Both the position numbers and the translations under genes were made by a program. A stretch of 64,000 nucleotides of DNA from Alphaproteobacteria bacterium (GTDB lineage: Bacteria; Pseudomonadota; Alphaproteobacteria; SP197), in assembly GCA_965220805.1 (NCBI GenBank), contig OZ244844.1, positions 3,617,072-3,681,071 of the forward strand, given 5' to 3'. Of this stretch, positions 16,860 to 26,049 are shown piece by piece (position 1 is the stretch's first letter; each line of letters begins with the position of its first letter). Under the pieces are notes generated by a model, which searched no databases, was not told the origin of the DNA, and was given only the letters and a program-made list of their open reading frames with translations.

Positions 16860-17753
16860 ATGGAATTGTGGATTCCGATCACCATTGCCGCGGCGTTCCT
16901 GCAGAACACCCGCTCGGCCCTGCAGAAACATCTGCGCAGCAGACTGGATATCGTCGGCGCAACCTATGTCCGCTTCGTCTACGCGGTGCCCTTTGCCCTT
17001 GCCTGGGTCGCCGTGCTGTTCGTCATTGGTGGCCGCCCGCTCCCGGCGCCTGACAGCACGTTCCTGGTCTTTGCCGGCATTGCCGGCCTGGCGCAGATCC
17101 TCGCCACCCTCTTTCTCGTGACGCTCTTCTCGCTGCGGACCTTCGCCGCCGGCACGGCCTATTCCAAGACGGAAACGGTCCAGGCAGCCATCATCGGCCT
17201 TCTCATCCTGGGTGATCCCCTGAGTATCGGGGCACTGACCGGAATCGTCGTCAGCCTTGCCGGCGTACTGGTCCTCAGCATGACGCGCGCCGCCACGGAC
17301 GCCCGGGAATTCTCCGGCCGCGCCATTCCCATCGGCCTTGCGTCCGGAGCGCTCTTTGCCCTGACGGCCGTGTCGGTGCGCGCGGCGTCGCTCTCGCTGG
17401 GCGGCGAAGGCTACCTGATGCAGGCCGCCTTCACGCTCCTCGTCGTCACCACCTGGCAAACCGTGATCATGACCGCGTGGCTCGCCGCGCGGCAGCGCCA
17501 GGTTCTCGCCGAGGCCTTCCGCAGCTGGCGGGTCTCCGGGCTCGTCGGACTGACCGGCATGCTGGCATCCGCATGCTGGTTCACGGCCATGACCATCGAG
17601 AACGCCGCCTACGTGCGCGCCCTGGGCCAGATCGAACTGGTGTTCACATTCGTCGCCTCGCGGGTGATCTTCCGGGAGGTCACCAGCATCGCGGAGATCG
17701 CCGGCATTCTGGTGATCGTCGCCGGAATCCTCGTCCTCGTCCTCGGCCGATGA
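16860..17753 (+). CDS. EamA/DMT-family transporter
   Basis: 297-aa protein with 10 predicted TM segments and the duplicated EamA-like architecture. Confidence 0.8.
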   Translation: MELWIPITIAAAFLQNTRSALQKHLRSRLDIVGATYVRFVYAVPFALAWVAVLFVIGGRPLPAPDSTFLVFAGIAGLAQILATLFLVTLFSLRTFAAGTAYSKTETVQAAIIGLLILGDPLSIGALTGIVVSLAGVLVLSMTRAATDAREFSGRAIPIGLASGALFALTAVSVRAASLSLGGEGYLMQAAFTLLVVTTWQTVIMTAWLAARQRQVLAEAFRSWRVSGLVGLTGMLASACWFTAMTIENAAYVRALGQIELVFTFVASRVIFREVTSIAEIAGILVIVAGILVLVLGR

Positions 17754-17771
17754 CCCTCCACGCCCCCGTGA

Positions 17772-18446
17772 TCAGTCCGGGGCACCGGCAACAAATCCCT
17801 CGCCCACATGAGTGGCCTTCCAGCTCTCGAGCTGTTCGACGCCTTCGGTCATCCAGCGAACCAGATTGGGATGGTCATCCAGCGGCAGTTGCGCCCACTC
17901 GTGGAGATGCATCGGTGCGGCCACCGCAATGTCGGCAATCGTGACGGCGTCGCCGGTGAGCCATGGATTGTCCGCCAGGCGATCATCGAGAATGCCGGCG
18001 AGCTTGTGGAAATTGTCGGCCTCCCCGGCCAGCACGGCAGGATCGGTGGTATCGCCGAGCAGCGGCTTCACGCAGTTCTCGACCAGGTAGATGTAGCAGG
18101 ATGGAAACCATGAGGCGGCTTCCCACAACAACCAGCGATTGACATCGGCTCGGGCTGCGGGCTCTGAGGGATAGCAGTCCTCGCGACCCGTCTTCTCGGC
18201 CGCGTACTGCATGATGGCGTTCGATTCCCAGAGCACGAGGTCACCATCCCTGAGTGCCGGCAGCGCTGCATTCGGATTGATCTTCCGAAAGGCCTCGCCT
18301 GCCTGCTCCCCGGCGAAGTAATCGACCTTGGTGAGTTCGTAGTCAGCGCCAAGCAGGTGCAGCCCGGCAAGCACCTTGCGGCAGTTCACCGTAATCGGAT
18401 CAGCAAAGAGTTCCATCGTGTCCTCCACAATCTTGGTTCCAGCCAT
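17772..18446 (-). CDS. Glutathione S-transferase
   Basis: 224-aa ORF with an N-terminal thioredoxin-like GST domain (..LPALRDGDLVLWESNAIMQY..) and a helical C-domain. An alternative start is the Met at 18416. Confidence 0.75.
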   Translation of the reverse strand: MAGTKIVEDTMELFADPITVNCRKVLAGLHLLGADYELTKVDYFAGEQAGEAFRKINPNAALPALRDGDLVLWESNAIMQYAAEKTGREDCYPSEPAARADVNRWLLWEAASWFPSCYIYLVENCVKPLLGDTTDPAVLAGEADNFHKLAGILDDRLADNPWLTGDAVTIADIAVAAPMHLHEWAQLPLDDHPNLVRWMTEGVEQLESWKATHVGEGFVAGAPD

Positions 18447-18497
18447 TCCATCGTGGCAGAATGGCCCGCGTTACACCATCCATCAGGAAGTTCATTG

Positions 18498-19463
18498 ATG
18501 ACACATTCGCCAGGCACCGGACGCTTCAACTATCTCGGCGCATCGGTGGAACCCTCCCTCTACCGCAATGGCAAGGTGCTGACCCGTCGTGACCGCGACG
18601 GCAGCGACGACCACTGGGTCGGCGTCGACCTCGAGGAGTACCCGATGCCGGTATGCGATGCCCGCCAACTCGATGCCGCGCAACGCCCGACACTCGCGCA
18701 CAATGGTTTCTGCATGACCCGAAATCCCCTGGCGCATTCCGATTTCGACTTTCTCAGTCACAACGAGGTGGTGCGCCGCTACTATCCGGAGTGTGCCGAC
18801 ATCGTGCGCGAGGCGAGTGGCGCAACCTTCGCCGCCGCCTTCGATCACAACGTGCGTTCGGCTGGCGGCAAGTCCAGCCGCAGCCGCATCAGCGGCGGCC
18901 AGGAGGTGCAGGGACCCGCGCATGTGGTCCACGGCGACTACACCCTCACCAGCGCTCCGCAACGGCTCCGCGACCTGACAAGACCGCCGGGCGAGAACGA
19001 CACCCTCTCCACGGTGCTTGCCGACGGCACGTCGCTGCTCGACAGGGACGAAGTTGACTGCGCTCTCACCTCCGGACGGTTTGCCATCATCAACGTCTGG
19101 CGCAACGTGAGGCCGGAACCGGTCGCCACCCATCCCCTGGCGCTGTGCGATGCAGCCAGCGTGAATCCGGACGACCTGGTCGTCTTCGAGATTCACTATG
19201 CTGACCGCATCGGAGAGAACTACTTCGCGCGGCACGCCGATGCCCACCAGTGGACCTTCTATTCGGCGCTCACCCGTGACGAGGTCCTGGTCCTCAAGCA
19301 ATGGGATTCGGACGGGACGCTCGCTTCGTCCGGGGGCGAGCGCGGAGACGGCGACGCCACCTCCACCTTCAGCTTTCACAGTGCCTTCGAGGACCCGTCG
19401 ACACCGGACGACGCACCCGACCGCTGGAGCATCGAGGTCCGCTGCGTCGCGCTCTGGTCCTGA
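18498..19463 (+). CDS. Uncharacterized protein, possibly CmcJ/NvfI-like hydroxylase-type fold
   Basis: The ORF track starts at 18357 inside the convergent GST gene. The in-frame ATG at 18498 gives a 321-aa product (MTHSPGTGRF...). The His/Asp-containing segments (AHVVHGDYT, HQWTF) suggest a metal-dependent oxygenase-like family. The assignment is weak. Confidence 0.4.
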   Translation: MTHSPGTGRFNYLGASVEPSLYRNGKVLTRRDRDGSDDHWVGVDLEEYPMPVCDARQLDAAQRPTLAHNGFCMTRNPLAHSDFDFLSHNEVVRRYYPECADIVREASGATFAAAFDHNVRSAGGKSSRSRISGGQEVQGPAHVVHGDYTLTSAPQRLRDLTRPPGENDTLSTVLADGTSLLDRDEVDCALTSGRFAIINVWRNVRPEPVATHPLALCDAASVNPDDLVVFEIHYADRIGENYFARHADAHQWTFYSALTRDEVLVLKQWDSDGTLASSGGERGDGDATSTFSFHSAFEDPSTPDDAPDRWSIEVRCVALWS

Positions 19464-19480
19464 GCCTGGAGGAACATTCC

Positions 19481-20194
19481 ATGATTGCCCCTGAAGGACG
19501 CGTCATCATGGTGTCTGGCGCCAACCGCGGAATCGGCCGCGCCATCGCCGAACGCCTCCATGATGCCGGCTACACGCTGAGTCTGGGCGTCCGCGATCCC
19601 GACTCGCTCACCGACATGACCCACGGCTGGGGTCCCGACCGCCTTCTCCGCCACCGCTACGACGCCGAGGACAAGGACACCCATCGCACGTGGGTAGACG
19701 ACACGGTGTCGCGTTTCGGGCGCATCGACGGCCTCGTCAACAACGCGGGCATGGTCGTGCGGGTCACGGTCGAGATCGACAGGGACGAGGAACTCGACCG
19801 CATGTGGGCCGTCAACGTAAAGGCGCCGCTGTCGATGATCCGACTCGCCCTGCCGCATCTCAGGAGGAGCGGTGCGGGACGCATCATCAACGTCGCCTCG
19901 ATCGCCGGAAAGGCTGTCTACAACAACAATGTCGGCTATGCGATGACCAAGTTTGCCGCCGTCGCCCTGTCCCATGCGACCCGCCATTGCGGCTGGGACG
20001 ACGGGGTGCGCTGCACGGCACTGTGTCCCGGCTTCGTTGCCACCGACATGACGGCTGATGTCACCACCTTCCCCCAGGAGCAGATGATGGAGCCTGGCGA
20101 CATCGCCGAACTCGCGGCCACTCTGATCGCCCTCTCCAACACCGCCTCCATCGCCGAGCTCGTCATCAACTGCCGCAACGACGTGACCCTGTGA
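19481..20194 (+). CDS. SDR-family oxidoreductase
   Basis: The internal start has a GGAGGA RBS 8 nt upstream. The product has VSGANRGIGRAIA (TGxxxGxG-type) and YxxxK catalytic-region motifs. The ORF-track start at 19301 is unlikely. Confidence 0.8.
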   Translation: MIAPEGRVIMVSGANRGIGRAIAERLHDAGYTLSLGVRDPDSLTDMTHGWGPDRLLRHRYDAEDKDTHRTWVDDTVSRFGRIDGLVNNAGMVVRVTVEIDRDEELDRMWAVNVKAPLSMIRLALPHLRRSGAGRIINVASIAGKAVYNNNVGYAMTKFAAVALSHATRHCGWDDGVRCTALCPGFVATDMTADVTTFPQEQMMEPGDIAELAATLIALSNTASIAELVINCRNDVTL

Positions 20195-20366
20195 CATGAA
20201 TCCGGCTGCTATGCCATGAGCCGACAATCGCTCCATGTGAACATGTCTCCGGCCGGGCGGAGCATCACCGGCCGGTCTGTGTTCCCGTTGTCATGAACGA
20301 CAACGGTGGACTGCTGAACAGGACCGCGGCAGGGCACCGGTGACGAAACCGGGAATCGTCATTCAC

Positions 20367-21755
20367 CTACAGACTTGAATCGCGAACGACGTTCAATGGC
20401 ACCGGTCTCAGCGGCATGCGGGGACGGCTGAACCCAATTTCCTCGATGCTGTTTCCGGTCTCTTCAGCAATCAACCGGGCCAGCGACCAGCCGCAGATAC
20501 GAGCCTGGCACGGGCCCATTCCGGCCCGAGTCCAGAGCTTGACGCCATGGACGGTGTCCATTCCTCCCGTGATCTCCTTCCTGATCTCACCGGCAGTTAC
20601 GTCTTCGCATCGGCAAACAACCGTCTCGTCCGGGAGAAGTCCGGCCAACCCGGGAGGGGGCGTGAACCGGTGATTGAGTCCTCTGGCGAATCTGCGGGCA
20701 CGCTGCAGGCGCCTCGACAGAGTGCGCCGTTCGAATACGGTTTCCTCCTCAAGAATCTGGCCGGCAGCTGCAAGGCCGGCTATGCGCCCCGAAAGCACTG
20801 CAGGAACGGCACCGCTCACGCCGCATACCTCACCGGCCGCAAACACCCCGGACGTGTCCGTGGCACCACAGTCGCTTTCCACAGTGCAGCACCAACCGCC
20901 AGCCTCTTCATCGAAATGATGTCGGCAACCCAGCACTGCGGTGAGTTCCGTCTGCGGCTGAAAACCGAAACCGACGAGCAGCGAATCGATATCCGAAACA
21001 ATGCGTCTTCTTGCGATGTCGGGCTGACCGTCAGCATCGAGCGGTGCCAGCTCAACCTCACTCACCCTTTCTTCGCCTGACGCGGCCACCACGACCTCGC
21101 CGAATCGGAACCTGATACGGGCCGCAAGTATCGGAAACAGCAGGCGCAGCGTCTCCGGCCACTTGTCCGGATGAACCGCGAGGAGGGGCAGCGTCGGCAG
21201 GAACGAGGATTGTGCCTCGATCACTTCCACGAGCCTGCCGCCAGCCTTAAGGATGGCCCCCGCAACCGGAAGGAGAAAGGGTCCACTGCCCGCCAGTACT
21301 GTCCGCCGGCCAGGCGGCACGCCTGAGGTCTTGGCCAGGCGCTGGGCGGCGCCCGGTGTCATGACGCCGGGAAGAGTCCAGCCCGGAAAGGCCTGAACCC
21401 GATCGTGTGCTCCCGTCGCGACGATGACGGCTTTCGACTCGATGCAGACGGCACCGTCGGGATCCTGGGCATGAAGCACGAAGCCCGGGAACGCCCCCCA
21501 CACTTCAGTCGCGAGCAGCATCGTTACACCGGCAGCCCTTGCGCTTCGGGCCTGGGCCTTGCCCCGCATGACCTGTGCCGATCTGGAGAAGACGGATCCC
21601 GCTGCGAGTGGTTGCATGTAGTATTGACCGCCGGGAAGGCTGTTGGCGTCCACCACCATGACATCAAGGCCTTTCTCCGCCGCCGCCTGCGCCGCCGACA
21701 GGCCCGCGGGCCCTGCTCCCACAACCACGATGTCACATGCGTACCGCCGCCTCAT
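20367..21755 (-). CDS. FAD/NAD(P)-binding oxidoreductase subunit with BFD-like [2Fe-2S] domain (HcnB / opine oxidase subunit A-like)
   Basis: 462-aa ORF with the dinucleotide-binding IVVVGAGPAGLSAA and a C-terminal CRCEDVTAGEI...GPCQARIC BFD-like cluster motif. Confidence 0.8.
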   Translation of the reverse strand: MRRRYACDIVVVGAGPAGLSAAQAAAEKGLDVMVVDANSLPGGQYYMQPLAAGSVFSRSAQVMRGKAQARSARAAGVTMLLATEVWGAFPGFVLHAQDPDGAVCIESKAVIVATGAHDRVQAFPGWTLPGVMTPGAAQRLAKTSGVPPGRRTVLAGSGPFLLPVAGAILKAGGRLVEVIEAQSSFLPTLPLLAVHPDKWPETLRLLFPILAARIRFRFGEVVVAASGEERVSEVELAPLDADGQPDIARRRIVSDIDSLLVGFGFQPQTELTAVLGCRHHFDEEAGGWCCTVESDCGATDTSGVFAAGEVCGVSGAVPAVLSGRIAGLAAAGQILEEETVFERRTLSRRLQRARRFARGLNHRFTPPPGLAGLLPDETVVCRCEDVTAGEIRKEITGGMDTVHGVKLWTRAGMGPCQARICGWSLARLIAEETGNSIEEIGFSRPRMPLRPVPLNVVRDSSL

Positions 21756-22003
21756 GACCGATGTGTCTCCACCACCATGCCTTCCCTCACCTCAGTCAGG
21801 CATGCCCGCACGTTGGGACGTCCGTCGACCGAGAGCAGACATGCAAAGCAGACCCCCATCCCGCAGAACATACCGCGCGGGTGTCCCAGCCGGGTGCTGT
21901 GGTGGAAGACAATTCGGCCGGCTTCGACCATTGCTGCCGCAACGGTTGTTCCCGGGGGGACGTCAAGCGGCGCACCGTCGATCGAGATTCGCAGGCGCTT
22001 CAT
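21752..22003 (-). CDS. Small (2Fe-2S)-binding subunit (HcnA-like)
   Basis: 83-aa ORF with a Cys cluster (CGMGVCFAC...C), wedged with 4-nt overlaps between the two flavoprotein genes. Confidence 0.7.
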   Translation of the reverse strand: MKRLRISIDGAPLDVPPGTTVAAAMVEAGRIVFHHSTRLGHPRGMFCGMGVCFACLLSVDGRPNVRACLTEVREGMVVETHRS

Positions 22004-23193
22004 GCCGAAACCGGGTACTCGCAGGAGAAACGTTCAGGCGCATAGAGTGTCGTGTCAAAGGCAGGATGTTCGCCGCCAAGCATTTGACCGATCAATCGTG
22101 CGATTGCCGGCGCCCGTGTGAAGCCGGTGCCACAGTCTCCTGCGGCGATCCAGAGACCCTCGGGTCCGAGGGGGCCTATGAGGAAACGGTTGTCAGGCGT
22201 GACCGCCTCGAAGCGGACCCAGGAGCGCAAGAGATGGACACGCCACAGATCGGGAAAGAGAAACAGCAACATCTCGACAGAATTCCGCACAAAGGCCGCA
22301 TCAACTTCAGGAATACGGTCTTGTGCGCCGTCGTCGACAAGTCCGTCTGCGAGTACCGTGTTGAACAGCACCTGCCCGTCCCTGGATTGCTGGATTTGTG
22401 TGTAGCCAGCCTCGACACCGCCCTCGCTTTCACAGGCGCCGACGACACGGAGGATCGAGGGCGGAATGCGCACCGTCGCAAGGCACTGGGCCCTGTGAGG
22501 CCGAATCGGCAGGTTCATGCCAAGACTGGCAGCGAGCCGCGCCGTCCAGGGGCCCGATGCCAGCACGACGTGCTCGGCCGACATGTCGGTCGACGCACAA
22601 CGCACACCTGCAATCTTGCCATCGCGCTCGATGAGCGAGTCCACACGGCAGTGCGTCTCGAGACGGGCGCCACAATCACGAGCCCTTTTGAGAAGGGCGC
22701 GAACCGCAAGAAACGGATTGACCACTGCATCGTCTTTCGACCACGAGGCCGCCACGATTGGACCGGTCAGCGACGGTTCCACCTCCCGCACCTCGATGGG
22801 CTCCAGGAGTTTCACATCCAGTCCGGCGTTCCGCTCGACTTCGATCCAGGCCCGCGCCGCCGCAAGTTCCTGCTCACTCAGGACGAAACGGAGCTGACCG
22901 CATGGATGGTACTCGAAGCCCCCGATCTCCTCGTCCAGTGTCCGCCACGCGTCGCAGGCCCAGGCCAGCAACGGCAGTTCCTCCATGTCGACCATGTGAG
23001 AGCCGATGCAGGCCAGACTTGCGCCGGATACGGCGGCGCCCGGCACACCCTGTTCCACGATCATCACGTCGTGTCCGAGCAAAGCCAGTTCCGCACCGAT
23101 CGCGGAACCGACGACGCCCGCGCCCACGACAATGACTTCGGCCGTCCTGCTCAAATGGCTTGCCGTCGGAAGGCGGGGGGCACCGAATGCCAA
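22000..23193 (-). CDS. FAD-dependent oxidoreductase, DAO family (HcnC / opine oxidase subunit B-like)
   Basis: 397-aa ORF with the dinucleotide-binding VIVVGAGVVGSAIG. The ATG start at 23193 overlaps the upstream gene by 43 nt. A TTG at about 23154 would abut it instead. Confidence 0.75.
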   Translation of the reverse strand: MAFGAPRLPTASHLSRTAEVIVVGAGVVGSAIGAELALLGHDVMIVEQGVPGAAVSGASLACIGSHMVDMEELPLLAWACDAWRTLDEEIGGFEYHPCGQLRFVLSEQELAAARAWIEVERNAGLDVKLLEPIEVREVEPSLTGPIVAASWSKDDAVVNPFLAVRALLKRARDCGARLETHCRVDSLIERDGKIAGVRCASTDMSAEHVVLASGPWTARLAASLGMNLPIRPHRAQCLATVRIPPSILRVVGACESEGGVEAGYTQIQQSRDGQVLFNTVLADGLVDDGAQDRIPEVDAAFVRNSVEMLLFLFPDLWRVHLLRSWVRFEAVTPDNRFLIGPLGPEGLWIAAGDCGTGFTRAPAIARLIGQMLGGEHPAFDTTLYAPERFSCEYPVSA

Positions 23194-24080
23194 AAGCGTT
23201 GGACCGTCATCTCGGATGCCGTCACGAACGACCCCAGCAGTCCGGTCTCCCTCGCTGCGGCAAGCGCGTTTTCCGCATGCGCCGGATCGGGATATCCGAG
23301 GCCATGGCTTCGTGTCGCCCCATTCCGGCTCAGCACCCGGATATCTTCCAGCTGTCGCGCCTGATCTTCGCGATCGAGCTCCAGCCTTGCCGCCAGACAG
23401 GCTTCAATTGCCGCCTCGGTGTCGGTGAAGGCCAAAGTCCACCCGGCAAGGACCGCGCAGACAACGTCCTGGACCAGAGTCTCGTTCTTCTCGACATAGT
23501 CTCGTCGTGCAATCAAGCCATCCTTGAGAAGGCCGATGCCCTGATCCGCCGCCCTCAGAAGACGGAACTCCTCCCTGCCCGGCAATGCCGCCTCAAGCTG
23601 GTGCAGTTCATGATAGGTGGTCATCTGGGCGCAGTCGGCTTCGCCCCCGAGATAGGCGGCAACGGTATCCGCAACCGGAAGTAGCCTCACCCGATTCGCA
23701 TCAAGACCTGCTCTCGCGATCATCCATTGCAGTTCCAGATCCTCGCTGCCGGGCCAGACCGCGACACGGCACCCGGAAAGGTCGCCCGGATTCTCTATGC
23801 CGCTGGTCCGGGATACCGGATACACAAGGGGGCTTTCCTGCTGGATGGTGAGCAGCCAGACAAGATCCGCCGACGCCCCGGACTCCAGAATGTGCGCCGG
23901 GCTTGCGACGGCAAACTCGCATTCTCCCTGCAGCAACGCCGTGGTCGGTCCGGTCGACAAGTCGGCACCCTGGCAGATGATGCGTGGCCCGTTCTTCCCG
24001 AGGCGGGTTTCCTGTTCTGCAAGGAGATAGCCGGCGAACTGAGCCTGCGGGAACCACAGAAGGCGAATGCGCACGTCCAT
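23151..24080 (-). CDS. NMT1/THI5-like substrate-binding-fold protein without signal peptide
   Basis: 309-aa ORF resembling NitT/TauT-type periplasmic binding proteins (paralogous to the next gene). Its N-terminus, MDVRIRLLWFPQAQFAGY, is not hydrophobic or secretory. Confidence 0.55.
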   Translation of the reverse strand: MDVRIRLLWFPQAQFAGYLLAEQETRLGKNGPRIICQGADLSTGPTTALLQGECEFAVASPAHILESGASADLVWLLTIQQESPLVYPVSRTSGIENPGDLSGCRVAVWPGSEDLELQWMIARAGLDANRVRLLPVADTVAAYLGGEADCAQMTTYHELHQLEAALPGREEFRLLRAADQGIGLLKDGLIARRDYVEKNETLVQDVVCAVLAGWTLAFTDTEAAIEACLAARLELDREDQARQLEDIRVLSRNGATRSHGLGYPDPAHAENALAAARETGLLGSFVTASEMTVQRFWHSVPPAFRRQAI

Positions 24081-24155
24081 AGAGTCAGATCCAATCCTCC
24101 TTGAAGCGGACCCGGCCGGCGCTGCCGCGAGCAGCGCCGGCCGATGTATCGGTCT

Positions 24156-25166
24156 CTACATCGAACACATGACCTGCTTGTACTCCGCGGGAACCATGTC
24201 CCAGAACCTGTTGGTGAAGCCTTCCTCGAGATCGACGGTCGAATCGATGACTCCGGCCTCAAGAATGACGGTCTGCGAAGTTTCCCAGTCCGCAAGCACC
24301 GACTTGCCGAAAGCACCCTCCAGGGTCGGACCGGCACAAATCAGATCAGCCATTGCCTTGATCTGGCCAATCTGACTTTCGAGAGTCAGTTCCTCATTGT
24401 ACTTCAGCACGATTTCTGCGGCGGCTGCGGGATCAGCCAGGGCGTCTCTCCATCCGCGCATGGTCGCTTCGACCACACCCTGAACGACATCCGGCTTCTC
24501 GTTGATGACATCCTCTGTCGTGAAGAGGCCGCCAGATATCAACGCCACCCCGTAGTCCTCCGGATTGAGCAGGACCAGATCCTCAGGGCCGAAGCCGTTG
24601 TCATAGACCTGGAGAAGCTCGTTGAAGCGCGTGACCTGCATCACTTCGTACTCGCCGTTGAGCCAGGCGATGATGTCGAAACCCTGGGAAATGATCTGAA
24701 CATCTTCCTGACTGACACCTGCCGCATTCAGCATGGCGAGAAACTCGTGCTCGTCACCTCCGAACCAGAGTCCGACACTCCGACCCGGCATGTCGCTGAC
24801 GCCGGAAATGCCCGAGTCCTTGCGTGCAACGTAGGTCGTGGCGCTCTTTTGGCCGAACTGCATCACCATCACCAGCGGCACGCCGTTTGAGCGCGCTGCA
24901 ATGATCTGGTTGGGATGGCCCAGACCGAATGTGTCGGATCCTTGTGCCACTGTGACCGCCGGCTTGATGTCGGGCCCGGCCGGCAAGAGTTCGATGGTGA
25001 CGCCCGCTTCTTCATAGTAGCCCTTGTCGTGGGCCACGATCGGTCCCGCAAACTGTCCCTGCATGACCCATTCCAGGCGCAACGTCTCGTCGGCTTGCGG
25101 ACTTGCTGAAAGAGCCGCTCCCACAACAGCAAGCGCGGCCAATACGGCCGTCGTTCTCGATTTCAT
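24156..25166 (-). CDS. ABC transporter substrate-binding protein (NitT/TauT family, NMT1-like)
   Basis: 336-aa ORF with a signal peptide (MKSRTTAVLAALAVVGAALSA) and an NMT1/SsuA-like fold. A GGAGG RBS lies in the low-GC leader 25167-25227. Confidence 0.8.
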   Translation of the reverse strand: MKSRTTAVLAALAVVGAALSASPQADETLRLEWVMQGQFAGPIVAHDKGYYEEAGVTIELLPAGPDIKPAVTVAQGSDTFGLGHPNQIIAARSNGVPLVMVMQFGQKSATTYVARKDSGISGVSDMPGRSVGLWFGGDEHEFLAMLNAAGVSQEDVQIISQGFDIIAWLNGEYEVMQVTRFNELLQVYDNGFGPEDLVLLNPEDYGVALISGGLFTTEDVINEKPDVVQGVVEATMRGWRDALADPAAAAEIVLKYNEELTLESQIGQIKAMADLICAGPTLEGAFGKSVLADWETSQTVILEAGVIDSTVDLEEGFTNRFWDMVPAEYKQVMCSM

Positions 25167-25227
25167 GATATCAGTCCTCCTTGCTTCCCCTTCTGGACAG
25201 CCATGTTCAGGAGTTCACTCTATCAAC

Positions 25228-26049
25228 TTACTTGTCCTCCTGCATGGAACTGTGCCACGGGATCGTCCGCTTTTCGATCCAGGCAATCAATGCAAAGAAG
25301 AGAATTCCGATCACGGCCGACAGCAGCATCGCTGCCCAGAGACGCGGCATGTTGAGAGTGCGGTAGGTCGTCATGATCACGAAGCCGAGACCTTTGTCGG
25401 CTTGCACGAACTCCGCGACGATGGCGCCGATGACAGAAAACGTGACGTTGAGCTTCAGACCGACGAAGACGTAGGGGAGCGCGTTTGGAAGACGCATCTT
25501 GAAGAAGCGCTGCCACTCGCTGGCGGCGGACACATGGAACACGTCCATGACCACCCGGTCGTATGACTGAAGTCCTTTCATCATGTTGAGCGCCAGCGGG
25601 AAAAAGGAAAGAAACGCGGTGACGGCCACTTTCGACTGCATGCCATGTCCGAACCAGAGGATGATAATCGGAGCGATGGCGACGACGGGGATCGTGTTGG
25701 CGGCGATGATGTAGGGCAGAAGACCGCGTGCAAGGAGACGCGAGTAGGCGAAGGCCGTCCCAAGCAGGGCCCCCAGCACGGAGCCGATGACAAAGCCCGA
25801 GATCGCCTCGAGAAAGGTGACCCCTCCGTTGAAGAGCAGGGATCCTGGCTTGGATATGAACGCAGACCAGATCCTGGTCGGTGCCGGCACGATGTAGGGC
25901 GCGATGCTGAAGGCATGGCAAACCCCCTCCCACAGCCCCACCATGACGATGGCTGCCACGATCGGTGGTCCCGCCATGCGTGCCAGGGTCCCGAGCCGTT
26001 GGCCGATGCCAACCTCATGTCGAACCACCGGTTGCGTGCTAGACGTCAT
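25228..26049 (-). CDS. ABC transporter permease (NitT/TauT family)
   Basis: The 6 TM helices and the EAA-like loop are typical of SsuC/TauC permeases. Starting at the internal ATG at 26049 leaves an 11-nt overlap with the ATPase gene. The ORF-track start at 26160 is inside the ATPase gene. Confidence 0.85.
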   Translation of the reverse strand: MTSSTQPVVRHEVGIGQRLGTLARMAGPPIVAAIVMVGLWEGVCHAFSIAPYIVPAPTRIWSAFISKPGSLLFNGGVTFLEAISGFVIGSVLGALLGTAFAYSRLLARGLLPYIIAANTIPVVAIAPIIILWFGHGMQSKVAVTAFLSFFPLALNMMKGLQSYDRVVMDVFHVSAASEWQRFFKMRLPNALPYVFVGLKLNVTFSVIGAIVAEFVQADKGLGFVIMTTYRTLNMPRLWAAMLLSAVIGILFFALIAWIEKRTIPWHSSMQEDK

